A stretch of 64,000 bases of DNA from Camelus dromedarius (lineage: Eukaryota). Positions 1 to 14,009 of the stretch are shown in pieces. The notes below the pieces were generated by a model. It had not been told where the DNA came from, did no database searches, and saw only the letters and a list, made by a program, of their open reading frames with translations. How positions within the stretch are numbered: the first letter of the stretch is position 1; each line of letters starts with the position of its first letter. The stretch is from the NCBI RefSeq assembly GCF_036321535.1, contig NC_087436.1, forward strand, positions 99,822,001-99,886,000. Reading direction: 5' to 3'. Both the position numbers and the translations under genes were made by a program.

Positions 1-2777
1 ACTTCATTTTTTTGCACATGGTTATCCAGTTTTCCCAACACCATTTAATGAAGAGACTATCCTTTCCCCATTGAGTATTCTCAATTCCCATATCAAACAT
101 TAGGTGACCATATATGTAGGGTTTCTTTCTGGGCCCTCTATTCTATTGCATTATTTTATGTGTCTGTTTTTATGCCACTTCTGCACTGTTTTGATTAATA
201 TATCTTTGTAGTATAGCTTTAAGTGTGATGCCTTGGGCTCTTTTTTCTTTTCTTTTCTTTCTCAGGATTGCTTTGGCTATTCAGGGTCTTTTTTGGTTTC
301 ATACAAATTTTAGGATTGTTTAATCTCTTATTCTGAAAAGTGGCATTAGAATTTTGATAGAAATTGCACTGAATCTATAGATGGCTTTGAATGTTGTGAA
401 AATTTTAACAGCATTAATTCTTTCAATCCATGAACATGAATATCTTTTAATTTGTAGTGTCTTCAGTTTCTTCCATCAATGTCTTATACTCTCAGGTACA
501 AGATCTTTCACCTCCTTGGTCAAAATCACTCCTAAGTATTTTATTGTTTTTGATGTTACTGTAAATAGGATTATTTTATTTATTTCTTTTTTTCAGATAT
601 TTTGTTGTTAGTGTATAGAAATACAGCTGACTTCTTAGTGTTGATTTTGTATCCTGCAACTTTTTGAATTTGTTGATTACTTTTAACAGTTTTTTGATGG
701 CGTCTTCAGGATTTTCTACATATAATATTATACCATCTGCAAACAGGGACAAGTTTACTTCTTCCTTTCTGATTTAAATGCCTTTTCTTTCATTGTCTGG
801 CCTGATCTGATTAGGACTTCCAGCACTGTTTTGCATAAGATTGGTGAGACTGGGCACCCTTGTCTTATTTGTGATCTTAGAGGAACAATGTTCAAACTTT
901 CACTATTGAGTTTGGTGTTTGCTATGGGTTTGTCATATATGGTCTTTATTGCATTCAGGTTTGTTCCTTTTACATGCAATTTGTTAACAGTTTTTTTATT
1001 GTAAAACAATGTATTTTGTCAAATGATTTTTATAGTTCATTTCATTAATGTGGTGTATTATAGTTATTAACTTGGGCGTATTGAATCTTTGCATCCTAGT
1101 GATAAAACCCCGTTAATCATGATGTATGATTCCTTAATGTGCTATTCAGATTTTTCTTAATATTTTATTGAGTAACTTTAAATCAATATTCATAGGAGAA
1201 TTTCTCTGTAGTTTTATTTTATTGTAGTATCTTTATCTAGCTTTGGTATCAGGGTTATGCTGGTCTCATAAAAAGAGTTCGGTTCTGTTCCTTTATCTAC
1301 AATTTCTGAAAGAATTTGAGAAGGATTGGCACTAATTCTTTTTAAAATGTTTGGTAGGCTTTACCAGTGAAACCATTTGGTCCTGGGCTTTTCTTTTGGG
1401 AGGTTCTTGGCTACTAATTGAATCTCCTTATTCATTATTATACTTTTAATATTTTCTATTTCTTTATGATATAGTCTTTGTAAGTTGTAAGTTTCTAGGA
1501 ATTTATCCATTTTTCTAGATTACTCAATTTGTTGGCATTCTAATGTACATAGTAGGCTCTTAAAATACTGTGTATTTCATGGTATCAGTTGGAATGTCTC
1601 TTTGTTCATTTCTGATTTATTTATTTGAGTTTTCTCTACTTTAGTTAGTCTAGCTAAATATTTGTCAGTTTTGTTTTCTTTTCAGATATAAACTTTTAGT
1701 TTCATTGATCTTTTCCATTGTGTTTCTGGTCCCTATTTCATTTTATTCTTTGCCAATCTTTGTTAGTTTCTTTCTTCTTCCAACTTTAAGCTTATCTTGT
1801 TCTTCTTTTTTCTAGTTCCATAAAGTATGAAGTTAAGTTGTTTCAAGAGGTCTTTCTTTTTTCCTAGTAATACTGATTTATTGCTGTACACTTTCCTCTT
1901 AGGACTGCTTTTGTAGCATCTCACAGGTTTAGTATAATTTTTTTCTCCATTTTTATCTAAGATATACTTTTATTTCCTTTTTGATTTCTTCTTTGACCCA
2001 TTTGACCCAGGAGTATGTTGTTTAATTTGTATGTATTTGTAAACTGTTCAGTTTTTCTCCTGTTATTGATTTCTATTTTCGTATTTTCTAATCAGAAGGG
2101 TACTTGTTGTGATTTCGATCTTCTTATATTTGCTAAGATTTGTTTTGTGGCCTTTCATATAATCTGTTCTGAAGAATGTTCTATGTGCCCTTAAGAGGAA
2201 TGTGTATCCTGCTGCTGTTGATGGAATGTTCTATCTTTGTCTGTTAGGTCCATTTGGTCTAAAGTATTGTTCAATTCCAATTTTCTTTTTTTTTCAGTTC
2301 GTCTTCTGTCCAGATGATATATCCATTGCTGAAATTAGGGTATTAAAGTGACCTAGTATTGTGTTATTTTCTATTTTTCTCTTCAAATCTGTTAGTATTT
2401 GCTTAACATATTTAGGTACTCCAATGTTGTATGTGTATATAGTTATGATTTATATTTTCTTGATGAATTGAGCATTTTATCATAATGCAACAACCTTCAT
2501 TGTCTTTTGTTACTGTTTTTGGCTTAATGTCTATTTTGTTCTGTATGAGTATAGCTATCCCTGCTCTTTTTTGATTTCCACTTGCATGAGATATCTTTTT
2601 TTGCCCCTTCACTTTGAGTCTATATGTGTCGTTAAAGCTGAAGTAAGTCTTTTGTAGGCAGCATATAGTTGGGCCTTGTTTTTTCCTATCTAGCCACTCT
2701 ATATGCCTTTTGATTAGAGAATTCAATTCACTTACATTTAGATTAAGTGTTGATAGATAAGGGCTTACTAATGCCAT
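1..2777 (-). pseudogene. L1 ORF2 (APE endonuclease/reverse transcriptase) remnant, non-functional
   Basis: Start codon (cat on + strand) at 2775-2777; fragmented frames with EN and RT motifs. Confidence 0.85.
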
Positions 2778-2990
2778 CTTTTAATTGTTTTATGGCCTTT
2801 TTTTTTTTTTTTCTTTGGTTCCCTTGTTTCTTTTTGATGTTCTTGATACCTTCCTTTGTGAAGTAGTAATTTTCTGTATTGGTATGTTCTAATTCTCTAT
2901 TTTCTTTATCTTCTGTGAATCTACTATAGGTTTTTGCTTTGTGGTTACCATGAGGTTTACATAAAACTGTGTTGACATTTATAAGAATGC
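1..2990 (-). mobile_element. Degenerate LINE-1 (old L1M, L1MA/MB-like): ORF1/ORF2 spacer plus ORF2 endonuclease and RT region, running off the left edge
   Basis: Minus ORF 2412-2777 MALVSPYLSTLNLNVSELNSLIKRH...PTICCLQKTY...RLKVKG...NQKRAGIAILI is the L1 ORF2 endonuclease N-terminus. ORF 755-1009 IYDKPIAN...LRSQIRQGCPVSP is the RT motif (canonical GTRQGCPLSP). Many stops and frameshifts. Confidence 0.95.
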
Positions 2991-4861
2991 AGTCCATCTA
3001 GACATAGTGAGTACCCTATATAGTTTCTATTTAATATGCCAGTTGGCTTTTATTGTTTCTTATAAAGTTGATAGATAAATAATTTCAATAATAGTTTTTA
3101 AATGAACTTTTTGATACAATTAGAATAGAATAGTCATAACATCATGTGAGATAAGATCTTACATAGCAGAAATGACTAAAAATACATTATTAGATCCCAT
3201 CAAGACTTAATTCACTGATGAATGTGTTTATATGCATTCAATGGAATAGCTGATAGAATACCTTTAACAACTAGTTGTTTATTTTTCTCATGTTCTCTAA
3301 TATGTCCAGAGATAAGCATTTTAGGATGGAGTAGAAACATGGTAACATTAAGGAACCAATCATTTTTTAAAATTATCACTTGGGCATTCTAATATCTTAA
3401 GGGTGTAGTCTATCCTTTTGGCTTCAAGATGGCTGCTGCATCATCAGTCTGCATCTATTTTCCAGTCTGAATGAAAATGACATACTAAGGGAGAAGGATA
3501 TGAATTTTAATAAGGAAAGCACAACCTAAATTCTGCTTTAACTCATTTAATGGATCATTTCTAGCTGCAGAGGGATGGAGCTGATAATCACCTTCAATTC
3601 TAATTCATGTAGCATCAAGTGTTCTAATGGTAATGAAGAAGGAATGTTATGCTTTGTGGAGGAGCAAATAGCAGAATCTTCCATGAATATGTTATCAGTA
3701 CCTAATATATAAAAGGCATGGCTTTGTGTTCTTGGTAAGTATTATGTTGTTTAATATTCATCCTAAGTGGTAGGTGTTAATTTCATCTTTTTTGTTCTTC
3801 TAGAAATCTAATAGATTAAAGTAGTACACGTAACATGCATATGGGCATTTAGCTAAGTAGAAAAATTCAGATTTGAAGTGCAAGTCTTCTGAACCTAAAA
3901 CCTTAATTGTTATACATAAAAGATATACCTTTTATTTTGCCACCTTATAAGGTGAAAAATGATAGTGAAAGAGGAAAAAGAATGTTGAATTATAAAGAAA
4001 TTCTCTGGCTTCAGTTAATAGAATTTTTCAGAGCAGCAAAAACTTTTGCAAACAACCTTGACATTAATTTGATATAAATGTGAGACTTCAAATGATGCCT
4101 CTGTAGAATAGCATCCCAAAGGCAATATAAAATCTTTATCCATTAGATTCAATTCCAGTGTTCTGCAAAAATTTTGCCCCTAAAGTAGATTCCAATAAAC
4201 AAGAGTGATTTAGTCAGCAAGGACAGTGTAACACAGATGCTACCACCATCCTTCAAAACTATGCACAATTGCACGTTATTATTTTCCTGAACCCAGCTTT
4301 CCACATAAGTCTTAACAGCCTGTATGTCAGCATAATGTAAGTACTGCATCACTAGTCTAGCTACAAATTTTCTTCACAGGGAAATAAATGGTGTTTATCT
4401 TTCCTGTTATTTTTGACCCTTTGGTGCCTGACCTCTATATTACATTTTGTTCTAAAGAAGATTCAGACCTTGAAAGAGGTTAGGTGTGTATTTGATTAAC
4501 AGTGGACTGCGTTAGTGTTTGCCTTTTCTCCCTTAATCATAATTTTAAATCAAATGAGCATAGCTTTTTATATCATAAATATACTTTGGGATATTTCTTA
4601 TATTTTGTGGTTTACATAAATTCAATTTTTAAGTAATTATATTCATTTCTTCAGCTCTTCATAGTGATACAAGTAGAGTTTTATTCCATATTGCAGCCTT
4701 GTTAGGTGTGACACATTTAAAACTTCATGTTTAAATTCTCCTCAGAGTCTTTCTTTCTATTTCTTTATCAATAGTCCTAATGTACAAGTTTTATCCTTAT
4801 TCTCTATGGTTTCATGGCTTTAATACAGATATTTTATTGCATAACTCTGTCTGTTGAATTT

Positions 4862-5110
4862 ATGTAATGATTTAGTAGAAAGAATATAAACCTGGAGCTA
4901 GGAAACCTGGATAATATCCCAATGTCATTTGGTTGTTGAGTGTTTTTAGGAAAAATAACTTAAGATTTTAGTCTTTTAATGTTCTCCTCTGAAGTGGAAG
5001 AGTAATAATACCAGGTCTAACTGCTGGTATGTTAACATATGGATGTTCCAAGAAGCAAATGTGTGTAAAATATGTATTCACTGTAAAAGGCTCTCTACAC
5101 ATACAACATT
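4862..5110 (+). mobile_element. MIR/MIR3 SINE, highly diverged
   Basis: tagtagaaagaatataaacctggagctaggaaacctgg ... agtaataatacc ... tgtgtaaaatatg...tgtaaaaggctct follows the MIR layout. Confidence 0.55.
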
Positions 5111-6399
5111 TTTTTAGTATTTATATCTTCATCTTACCTAATATAATATGTGCCCTACAATTTAAGATTACTCCTGAAGATTATACCCCATCTTAACAGA
5201 GGAAATTTTAGGACTTTTTTTCAGAAAATATTTTAGATATAAGGGATGTCTATAGATTTTTTTTGTTGACTAGCATTTCAATGTAGGCAACTTATCTTTT
5301 TAGAAAATTAATTTGCCTTCTATTGTCCTTGATGAAAATTTCATTCAAATAAAATGTATTAAAACCTTATTAAACATAGTTACTGAGATTAAAAATAATC
5401 TTTCTCCTTGTGGAGCTTCTTGGCAACAATTGCTATATGAAAGGATGGAGAAAACACTACAGGAATACAGATGCAACATGATTGATGGTTAAGTTAATGC
5501 CAAGATAGTGTGAAATTAAAAATAAAGAAACAACTATAATAAGAGTTGACTAAGTAGAAACTTTTTCTCGTAGTGGTAATTGAGCTTATTTTGAAAGTTT
5601 TCTTAAGCATATGGCAGAATTTTGCCACTTGAGGAATTATTCAAAGTGATTACCTCAGTCATCCCTCAGAATTGTTTAGAACGCTGTGCCAATAGTTGAG
5701 GCATCACAAAAGTTAGTATAGTAAATTTAGAGCAGATTCAAAGTAGCATCATAGAGATGATTACAATTTTAAAGATAAACACTAAGGTAAAACATCAAAA
5801 GTTTAAATATGACCATTTGAAATATTTTGTGAATGTAGCTCGAGTGAGTCCTTTTAATTAGTAGAAAACATCAAAAATACTTTGAAGCTTGATACATATT
5901 GGAAGAGTTATTATATATATATTGCTTCTCCACATTATTTGGTTATAAGGGTTATAGCCTTATTAAATAATTTCTTCCGTTTTATGAATTGTCGACATCC
6001 CTTTTTCCTTTACAAAAAAACTGAGTACAATTGTTTTTATGTCTTTTTTGCAAAATGGACCAAAAACCTCAATGACAAAACTTACCTAAGCCTTTGACAG
6101 GTGTGGTAAAACAAAATACTTGGTAATTTTGAAACTGTGATGTTAGCCCATCTCTTTTGAGGGTGAAATAGCACTTCATAAATTATTATTACAACCCCAT
6201 AAAACAAATAAATAAATTGAATCATACCAAAGTTTGTAAGATATGTAAACTTTGATACCTTTTTATGGAATTTAAATTGTATTAGCCATTTGGTGATACA
6301 GTTTTTCTAGAATGAAAGATGTATTATGTCCCTGTATTGTTTAATAGATTTAACAGTATTATTTTCCCTCTAACATGAAGCCCAAATCCTAAGCAAGGA

Positions 6400-6690
6400 A
6401 AATAACAAGAGATTTAGAATGTGCCTAATTTTTCTTAGTATCTCATTGCTCTATTATTCTACATTGCTTGTATTTCTGAAGCATCTGATTATATATTACT
6501 TCCAAATTAGTTCTCTCTACTTGAAATGGCTTCCCCTAATTCATCTCCCAACCAAACTCCTGTTTATCTTCCAAAAGCACTCATTTTGTAAGTATATTAT
6601 CTCCTGTCTTCATCCTTCCCTGATATTCTTCAGATGAAATTAGCCAGTTCTCCTCTGGTATACCTGTAAACTTTGTTCAAGTTTAACACT
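6400..6690 (+). mobile_element. L2 LINE 3' fragment
   Basis: ctctacttgaaatggcttccc...aaactcctgtttatcttccaaaagcactc...ccttccctga resembles the L2 3' region. Confidence 0.45.
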
Positions 6691-8322
6691 AAGAATGGTT
6701 AATTCTGTTTAGACATTCTCAATGTTTCAATAATTGCCCCTCGATCATCCATGTCAGCATGCATTCATCTTGCTACCCATCCTGGGTGCAACAGATACAA
6801 TTTCAGCTGTATCTCCATTCCTCACTCATTCTCTGCGTGGTTTCGCCTCTCGGCTAACCTTTGGTACTTACTCCATATCCATAAGCCTGTGGTAAACCCA
6901 GCCATGAGTTTTGTCTGTAGAATTTCCCAAGAAGCAGAGGATTTTGACTTATGTTCTCTTTATATGCCTTCCGTTTATTATACTTCTTCTATGTTTTCAG
7001 TCCCTTGATTCACTTATCCATTTTCCTTAGCTGCAAAAATATTATGTCACTCAACTCAAACCATTGCCTTCATTTTGTTTACCTCTCAAACTGCCATTCG
7101 TCTTTTTATTAGCCTTCCTTCAGAAAACACCTAAGGATTAGCCTAGTTTAATCTGTTTAAATTTCTTCATGGCTCATTGTATCAGTAAGGCTAATAGAAT
7201 CCCACTCCACAAAGTCACTCACAGACCTTCCTGGTATAGCTGCACTCTTTGGATTATGTGGCTGTCTGTTTTGTAGGAGAAGATACAAAGTGGCTTTCTG
7301 TGGTAATTAAATATGTTAGTCAAGGTGTAATATTTTATTTTTTGTCACATGTTTTTAGTCAACATTTGTCACCTGATCTTAACTGTCTATAAGTCATAGG
7401 GAAGAGTTGACTTCTGTGTGCCTTTAAAAAGAGAACTGTCTATCAATGAACAATAGAAGCATCTGGCACGTGTACTCTTTCTCCTTTTGTTTGTTGACTT
7501 TTTATCTCTCTCACTACTAAGTTTAGTATTGGTAGTACTGTTTCACTTCATAATTACTATTATTTCAGTCCTTGTCTCCTTTACTTTCTATTTAGTATTT
7601 GACAAGTTTGGTTATCTGTTCCTTAAATGTTTTTCCTTTATGGGACTGATTTTTCTGTCTAGCTCTTTCCTTTGTGTTCCTTTTCAACTTCTTCACTGGT
7701 ACTTTCTCTTATACCTAACTTTTTAATACACAGGATTATCAAGGTTTTTTCATGTAAAATATCATCTATTTACATGGTTTCATTATTTCTGTATATCTTG
7801 GTGACTCTCATTTTTACAGATCCTATTCTCTTGACTCATCCCACATTTCTTGCATTAAGTAATTTCTAACAAAGTTGCACACCAGCAACTCATACACTAT
7901 GCCCAAACCCAGTTCACTGAATTCACGCCAAATCAGTCCTCTTTTGGTGTTCTCTTTGCTTTCATTAACATCTTAATGATGACACATTATGACCTAAATG
8001 CATCTATATAATTCCCTCTTTTAGAGTTTCCCCTGGTAGCCAAATCAAACATTCAGTTAACAGGCAGTTGTTCATCTCCTACAAAAGGGCATAAATCTAT
8101 GCTATACATAACAAGTACATAAATGAGTAATACATATTTTTTTTGTCTTGAGTGGTCTATAGTCTACTTGGAAAGATAGATCAATTAAACAATTATAACA
8201 CTGAAGATGCAACATATTATAAGATGTTTTACAAACATAAACTATAGTTTCTGATGAGAACTCAGAGGTGAAAAAAGTCTATTGATTCTAGTCCCCCAAT
8301 TATTTTAGAGAGTGCATGGTTT

Positions 8323-8730
8323 TGTATTAGTTTGTGAGGGCTTCTGTAACAAAATATCAAGGATTAGCTTACTTAAACAACAGAAATTTATTTTCCCCAA
8401 ATTCTGAAGGCTGGAAGTCCAAGATCAAGGTGTTGGCAGGTTTGGGTTCTTTTGCAGCATCTCTTCTTGGCTTGCAGAAGGCCTCCTTACCCTGTGTCTT
8501 TACCTGGTCTTTTGTATGTGCAAACCTATTTCTGGTATCTTTTTTGTGTATCCGAAGTTCCTATTCTTATAAGGACACTGGTCAGATTGTATTGAGGTCC
8601 ATTCTAATGGCTTCATTTTTTAACTTAACTACCTCTTTAAAAGACCTTATCTCCAAATACATATTCTGAGATACTAGGGACTAGAGCTTCAACATATTAA
8701 TTTTAAAGGGATATAATTCAGCCTATAGTA
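8323..8730 (-). mobile_element. MaLR LTR, MLT1B/C-like solo LTR
   Basis: tgtattagtt...aaacaacagaaatttattt...ctggaagtccaagatcaaggtgttggcagg...cttataaggacactggtcagattg...aaagaccttatctccaaata...gcttcaacatat...attcagcctata. Confidence 0.9.
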
Positions 8731-9699
8731 ACTTTCTCCTAGTCTATTCTAAATTTTAAAGCTATTAATAATCTTTATATACTCCCAGTTCACCTTCCAG
8801 CGTGGCTTGCCTACAGTAGTCAAAGTATATAATTGATTGAAATAATAAGTACTTAAATACCAATGTTTTAAAAATAAAATCTAATATGGATCTCTACATT
8901 GATAACATTAACCTTATATAGTCTTTATTTAAATGAGTTATTTTAAAAAGGAAATCTTACTTGCTTTACTTTTTGCTTTAATACAAATATTATCCAGCGG
9001 TTATGCATTCCTTCAATATATACGTATGTATAGCAAAAATGATCAAATACAGAATTATCTTCTTGATTTTCTGGCATGTCCTGAATGAACCCATGAATAT
9101 CTAAATAATCTTTTTTGTAGATCATTGAAATCCACAAGATTTTTTTTCTAGGCTAAAATCCTGGAATAATGGAGATTTTATTTTCCAAACCAAACCACAT
9201 AGCTTTGGATTTTAAAACTCATGTAGAGGTTTATTGAAGTTTTGTTATTTCTACTGTATTTTATGTATTTTATGTTGATATGTTAAATAAATAATATATG
9301 AAAAGTTTTGACATTTTGTAATTTCAGAGTCGAGATTCATTAGTACTATTATTGAACTTCAAAATTATGTATAAATATTTTATTTTTTAATTAGATTTGT
9401 TTTTAAGATATGTTCATTAAGTAAACTAAAATATAGATATTGCTTGTGGGTAAATTTTAGTTTTAAATGATTTTAAGTTATAGGGCTACATTGAAAATTT
9501 CTCTGTCATCAAATTAAATAAAGCAGGAAATATATATCAAACAGCTCCAAGTGCACATCAATGGAGTTAGCATTTAGTGAATAGTTAATAAATGTGAAAC
9601 ACTCTTCCAAGTTCTTTATAAATATTAAACATTTAATCTCCCAGCAACAACATGAAATTGATGCTATTATTGCTATCACTGTTATTATTATCATTTGTT

Positions 9700-9780
9700 A
9701 CTTTTATTTTTTTACATGTGGGAACTGAGGTTCTTAAAGCTCAACTATTTTGCCTAAGTTTGCGTAGTTTGTTAATGCTC
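9700..9780 (-). mobile_element. MIR core fragment
   Basis: ttttacatgtgggaactgaggttctt...ttgcctaagtttgc matches the reverse complement of the MIR core. Confidence 0.5.
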
Positions 9781-11879
9781 TATATTCTGTGATGGAGCAA
9801 GAGAGGGTCGCCTACACATAGCTTTTGGAGTGATTCATGCTGTGGCACCCCAGAGATTTTTTTGTGATGATAGACTTTATTTTTTCCAGGGAGATATCTT
9901 CTCCTTTCAACTAACAAGTATAAACCCATGATGTCTTGGCAAGAGGTTAGCCATATTCATAATTGTCTCTCTTCCCCCATTCTGCAGTAGTGCTTTGAGA
10001 ACAGGCATAGGTGTCTTGTGGTCTTCTTCCTAGAATGAGTTTCTTCTTAGGGAGTTCTTCATGTCTTATGCAAACTGCATCCTCTGAAATTCGTTCCACC
10101 AACTCTACAGAGATGCTGTGAGATGACGAAATTCTAGGTAAACACAGCTTAGAGTAAAAAGTGGAATCCTTCTAATTAATTACCCTCTTGGCCCATTGGA
10201 TGATCCATGTGTTGTACCATTCATGATAAAGCTGCTTAACTCTGCTCTTTCTTTTCCTGATTGTACCAAAATCCCCAAAGGATGTTTCCTATTGGCCTAA
10301 GTTGTATACTGACTTTGTTCATCAATTGTTTTGTGTGTATTCAAATGTTAGATTTGATCCAATATTTAAAAGTTTTAATGGAGTAAAAGTTTATTGTATC
10401 CACCTTTTTGTTTGTTTCTTACAGCAGCCACCATTGCAGAGATTATATAGAATATGCTTTGTACATTGTTTACATAATCAAATTTTAGAAAAGTCACAGT
10501 GGTCATATCAACATTTTATTAAGTTTTTCCAAATGAAAGCAAAATGTGGTTCAAAAATATTATTGACCTGAGCAATAAAGCAAACATTTACAATGTTTTT
10601 AAATATCTCAACTATGTTTTGTTAAAAACAGTATTTTGTGCATTATTTCAGCAAAAATCAAAATTTTAAGAAGTCCAAGAACAAAGAATAAATAGAATCT
10701 CCTCTCAGGCTAGTGTAATTGTTAAATAGATAATGATTTACCTTTAAAACCACGATTCAAACAAATTTAGCATGACATTCCATAAAATCTCTCAAAATTA
10801 AAATTGTGTATTTTACCTCACAGGATAAACTGGCAGATGTTTTAGAGAATGGCTTTAAATCTGTCATTTTCTATCCCTCTTCCCTTATTTCACATCTTCT
10901 TTCCTTCTTGCTTGCTCTGCCTCCATTCATCACAGACACCACAGCTATAACAGCAGCACTCTCCTTCGCTCTTAAATCACTGACTGTCTCTGCCACTGTC
11001 ACAGCCAGTCTTCAAAACAGGAAAAAGAAAACCCAGAACAGCAGTTGGAATAGCACAAGCATCATAAATGTTCCCCAGGACTCTCATCACACAATCCATT
11101 TGTTCCAAGTCTGGGTACAGATCTTCTCACACTACTGACTAGCAAATCATACAGGAGCTGTAATTGTGGAGTAGATGACAGTCACTGTGCACATCTTCCA
11201 AGTGAAGAAGGAGAGAGATTTAGAGCCCATGGCTTCCCAAATATAAATACATGGGTGACATCCTTTTAAAAATAGATCATCTAAATCAGATCGTTTTGGT
11301 AAAATTGGTTAAAAAGGCTTTAATTATGTCAAAGTTTAAGGGTTTGAATATGACGTATGACAGTGGTTTTTGCACAAAGAAAAATATTCTTTCCAGGTCA
11401 CTATCCTATCACCTATTGTACGTGTCATTGGTGTCTGGAGAAATTAAGCAAAAGAAGACGAATCATGGAGCTCATCTCTCACTGATAATCTAAGCAGTAG
11501 TTTTCTCATGACTTCTTTCATCAAATATTGATTGTATGATAGCCCTAAACATAAAAGCATGTAATGATTTTGATGACTAAATGAAAACAATCTACAAGCA
11601 TATAAATGGAAGATGCAAAAAGTGATGTACACTTTTAAAATTTTCTGAAAGACTAAATTTCATTCAAGAAGATGAGACATTCATAAAGAGCTTTAGAATA
11701 AGGTAGAAGGCCATAGCATCCTAAGTATTTGGTAACAATCAAATGACTGCATTTCACACATTCATTTATTTATTATATTTTTAATATTTTAACATTTTTC
11801 TATTTCAAAATTTTTCAATTGTCAGTTTACTCATATGGTCTGTAGTTGAACAAAATTGTGTTGTTTTGCTTTCTACTTG

Positions 11880-12420
11880 TAGCAGAAGAGAAAGCACATC
11901 ATGGAAAGCTAAAGCATCTCAGTAATGGGGCGACAGAAGTACTTACAGGATTTGACTTTTGAATGTGGTTTAGGGGAGGAATCAAGGAAGTAGGCTTTGC
12001 TCTAAACTGTATGCTGTCAGAATATGAAGATAATTTTATGATTTGGCATCTTAATAGATCTTATCTAGTAGGTGGGAGGAATGAGGCAAGTCTAGAGCTA
12101 TAATTTGGAAAGAAGCAGCAAGTTTCTTATGTTAGCCAGAACAGAGAGAAATTTGATTTTGATCATTTTTGTGGTTTGGTATATATTATGTTTTTGTTTT
12201 TTGGGGGTTTTTTAGAGTTCATAAATTATTACAGAATGGACATGTTTTCCTGGGGATCCATTTTGATCATGGAGAGCGCCTGTCTGAAGGTGTTCTGTGA
12301 AACTGCTCATGTTCCACAGCAGAACACCCTGCCCTGGCTGTGAGTGACCAGTTAGCTCCTAGCAACCCCTGACTGTGCTGGGCCAGTCTTGGCTGTCAGA
12401 GGCTGCTCTGCTCATTTTCA
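11880..12420. mobile_element. Ancient ERV LTR-like remnant (family uncertain)
   Basis: ggaagtaggctttgctctaaactgtatgctgtcagaa...tttatgatttggcatcttaatagatcttatctag resembles old ERV LTRs; termini not resolved. Confidence 0.35.
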
Positions 12421-12519
12421 AAATGTATCAATGCCTGGCAACTTAGAAAAGTATTCATAGAAATCAAGAACCAAATAAAACCAACATAAATGGTGAATGG
12501 AAAAAAAAGCAGAAACAAA

Positions 12520-12810
12520 GGAGTGCCTACTGTATAACTCCATATACGTAAAGTTGACAAGCAGGCAAATACTTGGTGTTAAAAGCCAGGCTAGTGATTA
12601 ATTTTGGAGAAAAACTGTGATCTGGGAAGTGACCCAAGAGTGATTTCTTGTATGCTGATACTGGTTGATTTTTTTGAGCTATGGACTGGGTACACAGGTG
12701 TGTTTCCTTTGCGACCATTCTTTGGTTTGTGCACTTTGGGTTAGTTCACTTTTCTGTACGTATATTTTCTTTTAGGGAAAGTTCACACATTACAATAAAA
12801 ATTAAAAATT
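12520..12810 (+). mobile_element. L1ME-type 3' UTR fragment
   Basis: ggtgttaaaagccaggctagtgatta...gggtacacaggtgtgttt...cacttttctgtacgtatatt...aataaaa. Confidence 0.6.
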
Positions 12811-13029
12811 GGAAAGAAAAAACAAGTGAATATGACAACTCATGGATGAAAACTGAATACTTAAGATGGCTTCTGCCCAGATAACATTTGCATGAAATTA
12901 ATTTCAATTTTTTAATTCATTTGAGGCAATAATGCAGGGGATATAGCCTAGGACCCACTACCACACGGGACAGTTAGGAGCCCCCATCTCCATGTACATA
13001 AAGCTGGGAAATGAATGGACCATTCCTGT

Positions 13030-13335
13030 GATGCCTGTGATGGTAGCCACAAACCACATCTGGCTGTTGAGCGCTTGAAATGTGTTTTGTCCGAATTGAG
13101 GTGTGCTTAATGTGTATGATACCTGTGGTTTTGAAAACTCAGCAAAAAAAAACAGTGTAAAATATCTTGTTCCTTTTTACTGGTTATGTATTGACATGAT
13201 CGTATTTTAGAAATGCTAGGTTAAAACAAATCATTAAACTCTTCATCTTTTTTTAAAAACGCAAATACAGTAAAATTTTAAGTTATATATGTGGCTTAGA
13301 TTGTTGGTCCATATGATATTTCTTTTCAATACCCT
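13030..13335 (-). mobile_element. MER33 hAT-Charlie MITE
   Basis: ggtagccacaaaccacatctggctgttgagcgcttgaaatgtg...tccgaattgaggtgtgct...aaaattttaagttatatatgtggct matches the reverse complement of MER33. Confidence 0.8.
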
Positions 13336-14009
13336 CAGTGTAAGACTGAATTAGAACTCCTCTAGAGACTGAATTAGATACTGCTTATTCATAATTGGCC
13401 TTGGACAAGGAGGAAATGGTATCATTCAAATAAATAAAGCAAATATGTTGATCCCCCAGTATTTGTTTTCCTTCCATTTTCTCTGAAATTACAACACATA
13501 AAGCAGATGCCTAGCAGAAAGAAAGGACATATTATGATACAGTATTAAAAGGATCAAGGAATATACCAGCACAGGCCTGGTACAAGAACTGACTCTAGCC
13601 TTCAGCATCACTCTAAGAAACGTTCAACCTCCAAACACTGGGTATCCAGGAAAGATTTCCTTATGGCTTCTATTCTGGCTCCTCATATTATCCTATCCAA
13701 ATCTTCCTAGATGAGGCCAGTATAAAAGACAGCCCCCCCCACCCCAAATCAACAAGGTGATTATTCTTTGGAAAAACAAGCAGCCCTACAAGCAATGCTT
13801 CCTCTTTCTATCTTTTTCCTTTTTCTCTCTTTTGGGGATGGTAACACAAACAATGTTTAATTCCAAATGATGAATCTGCATCATTTTATAATCTGTTGAG
13901 TACACAAGGAGGATATATAGGAGCAATTAGTAGTATAATAACAAGCATGCCCCACCCCTGCTTTGTTATAAACCCATCTATAGAATAACGTCATTTTTAT
14001 GAATATTTT

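Noticed and set aside
4149..4352. 67-aa minus-strand ORF that looks protein-like
   Set aside because: No recognisable homology or convincing splice signals; the length is expected by chance.
7487..7726. Hydrophobic, membrane-like ORF
   Set aside because: An artefact of T-rich low-complexity sequence giving F/L/I/V codons.
10806..11138. 110-aa ORF preceded by an acceptor-like site
   Set aside because: No recognisable domain and no clear donor; part of the region resembles an old antisense MLT1 LTR.
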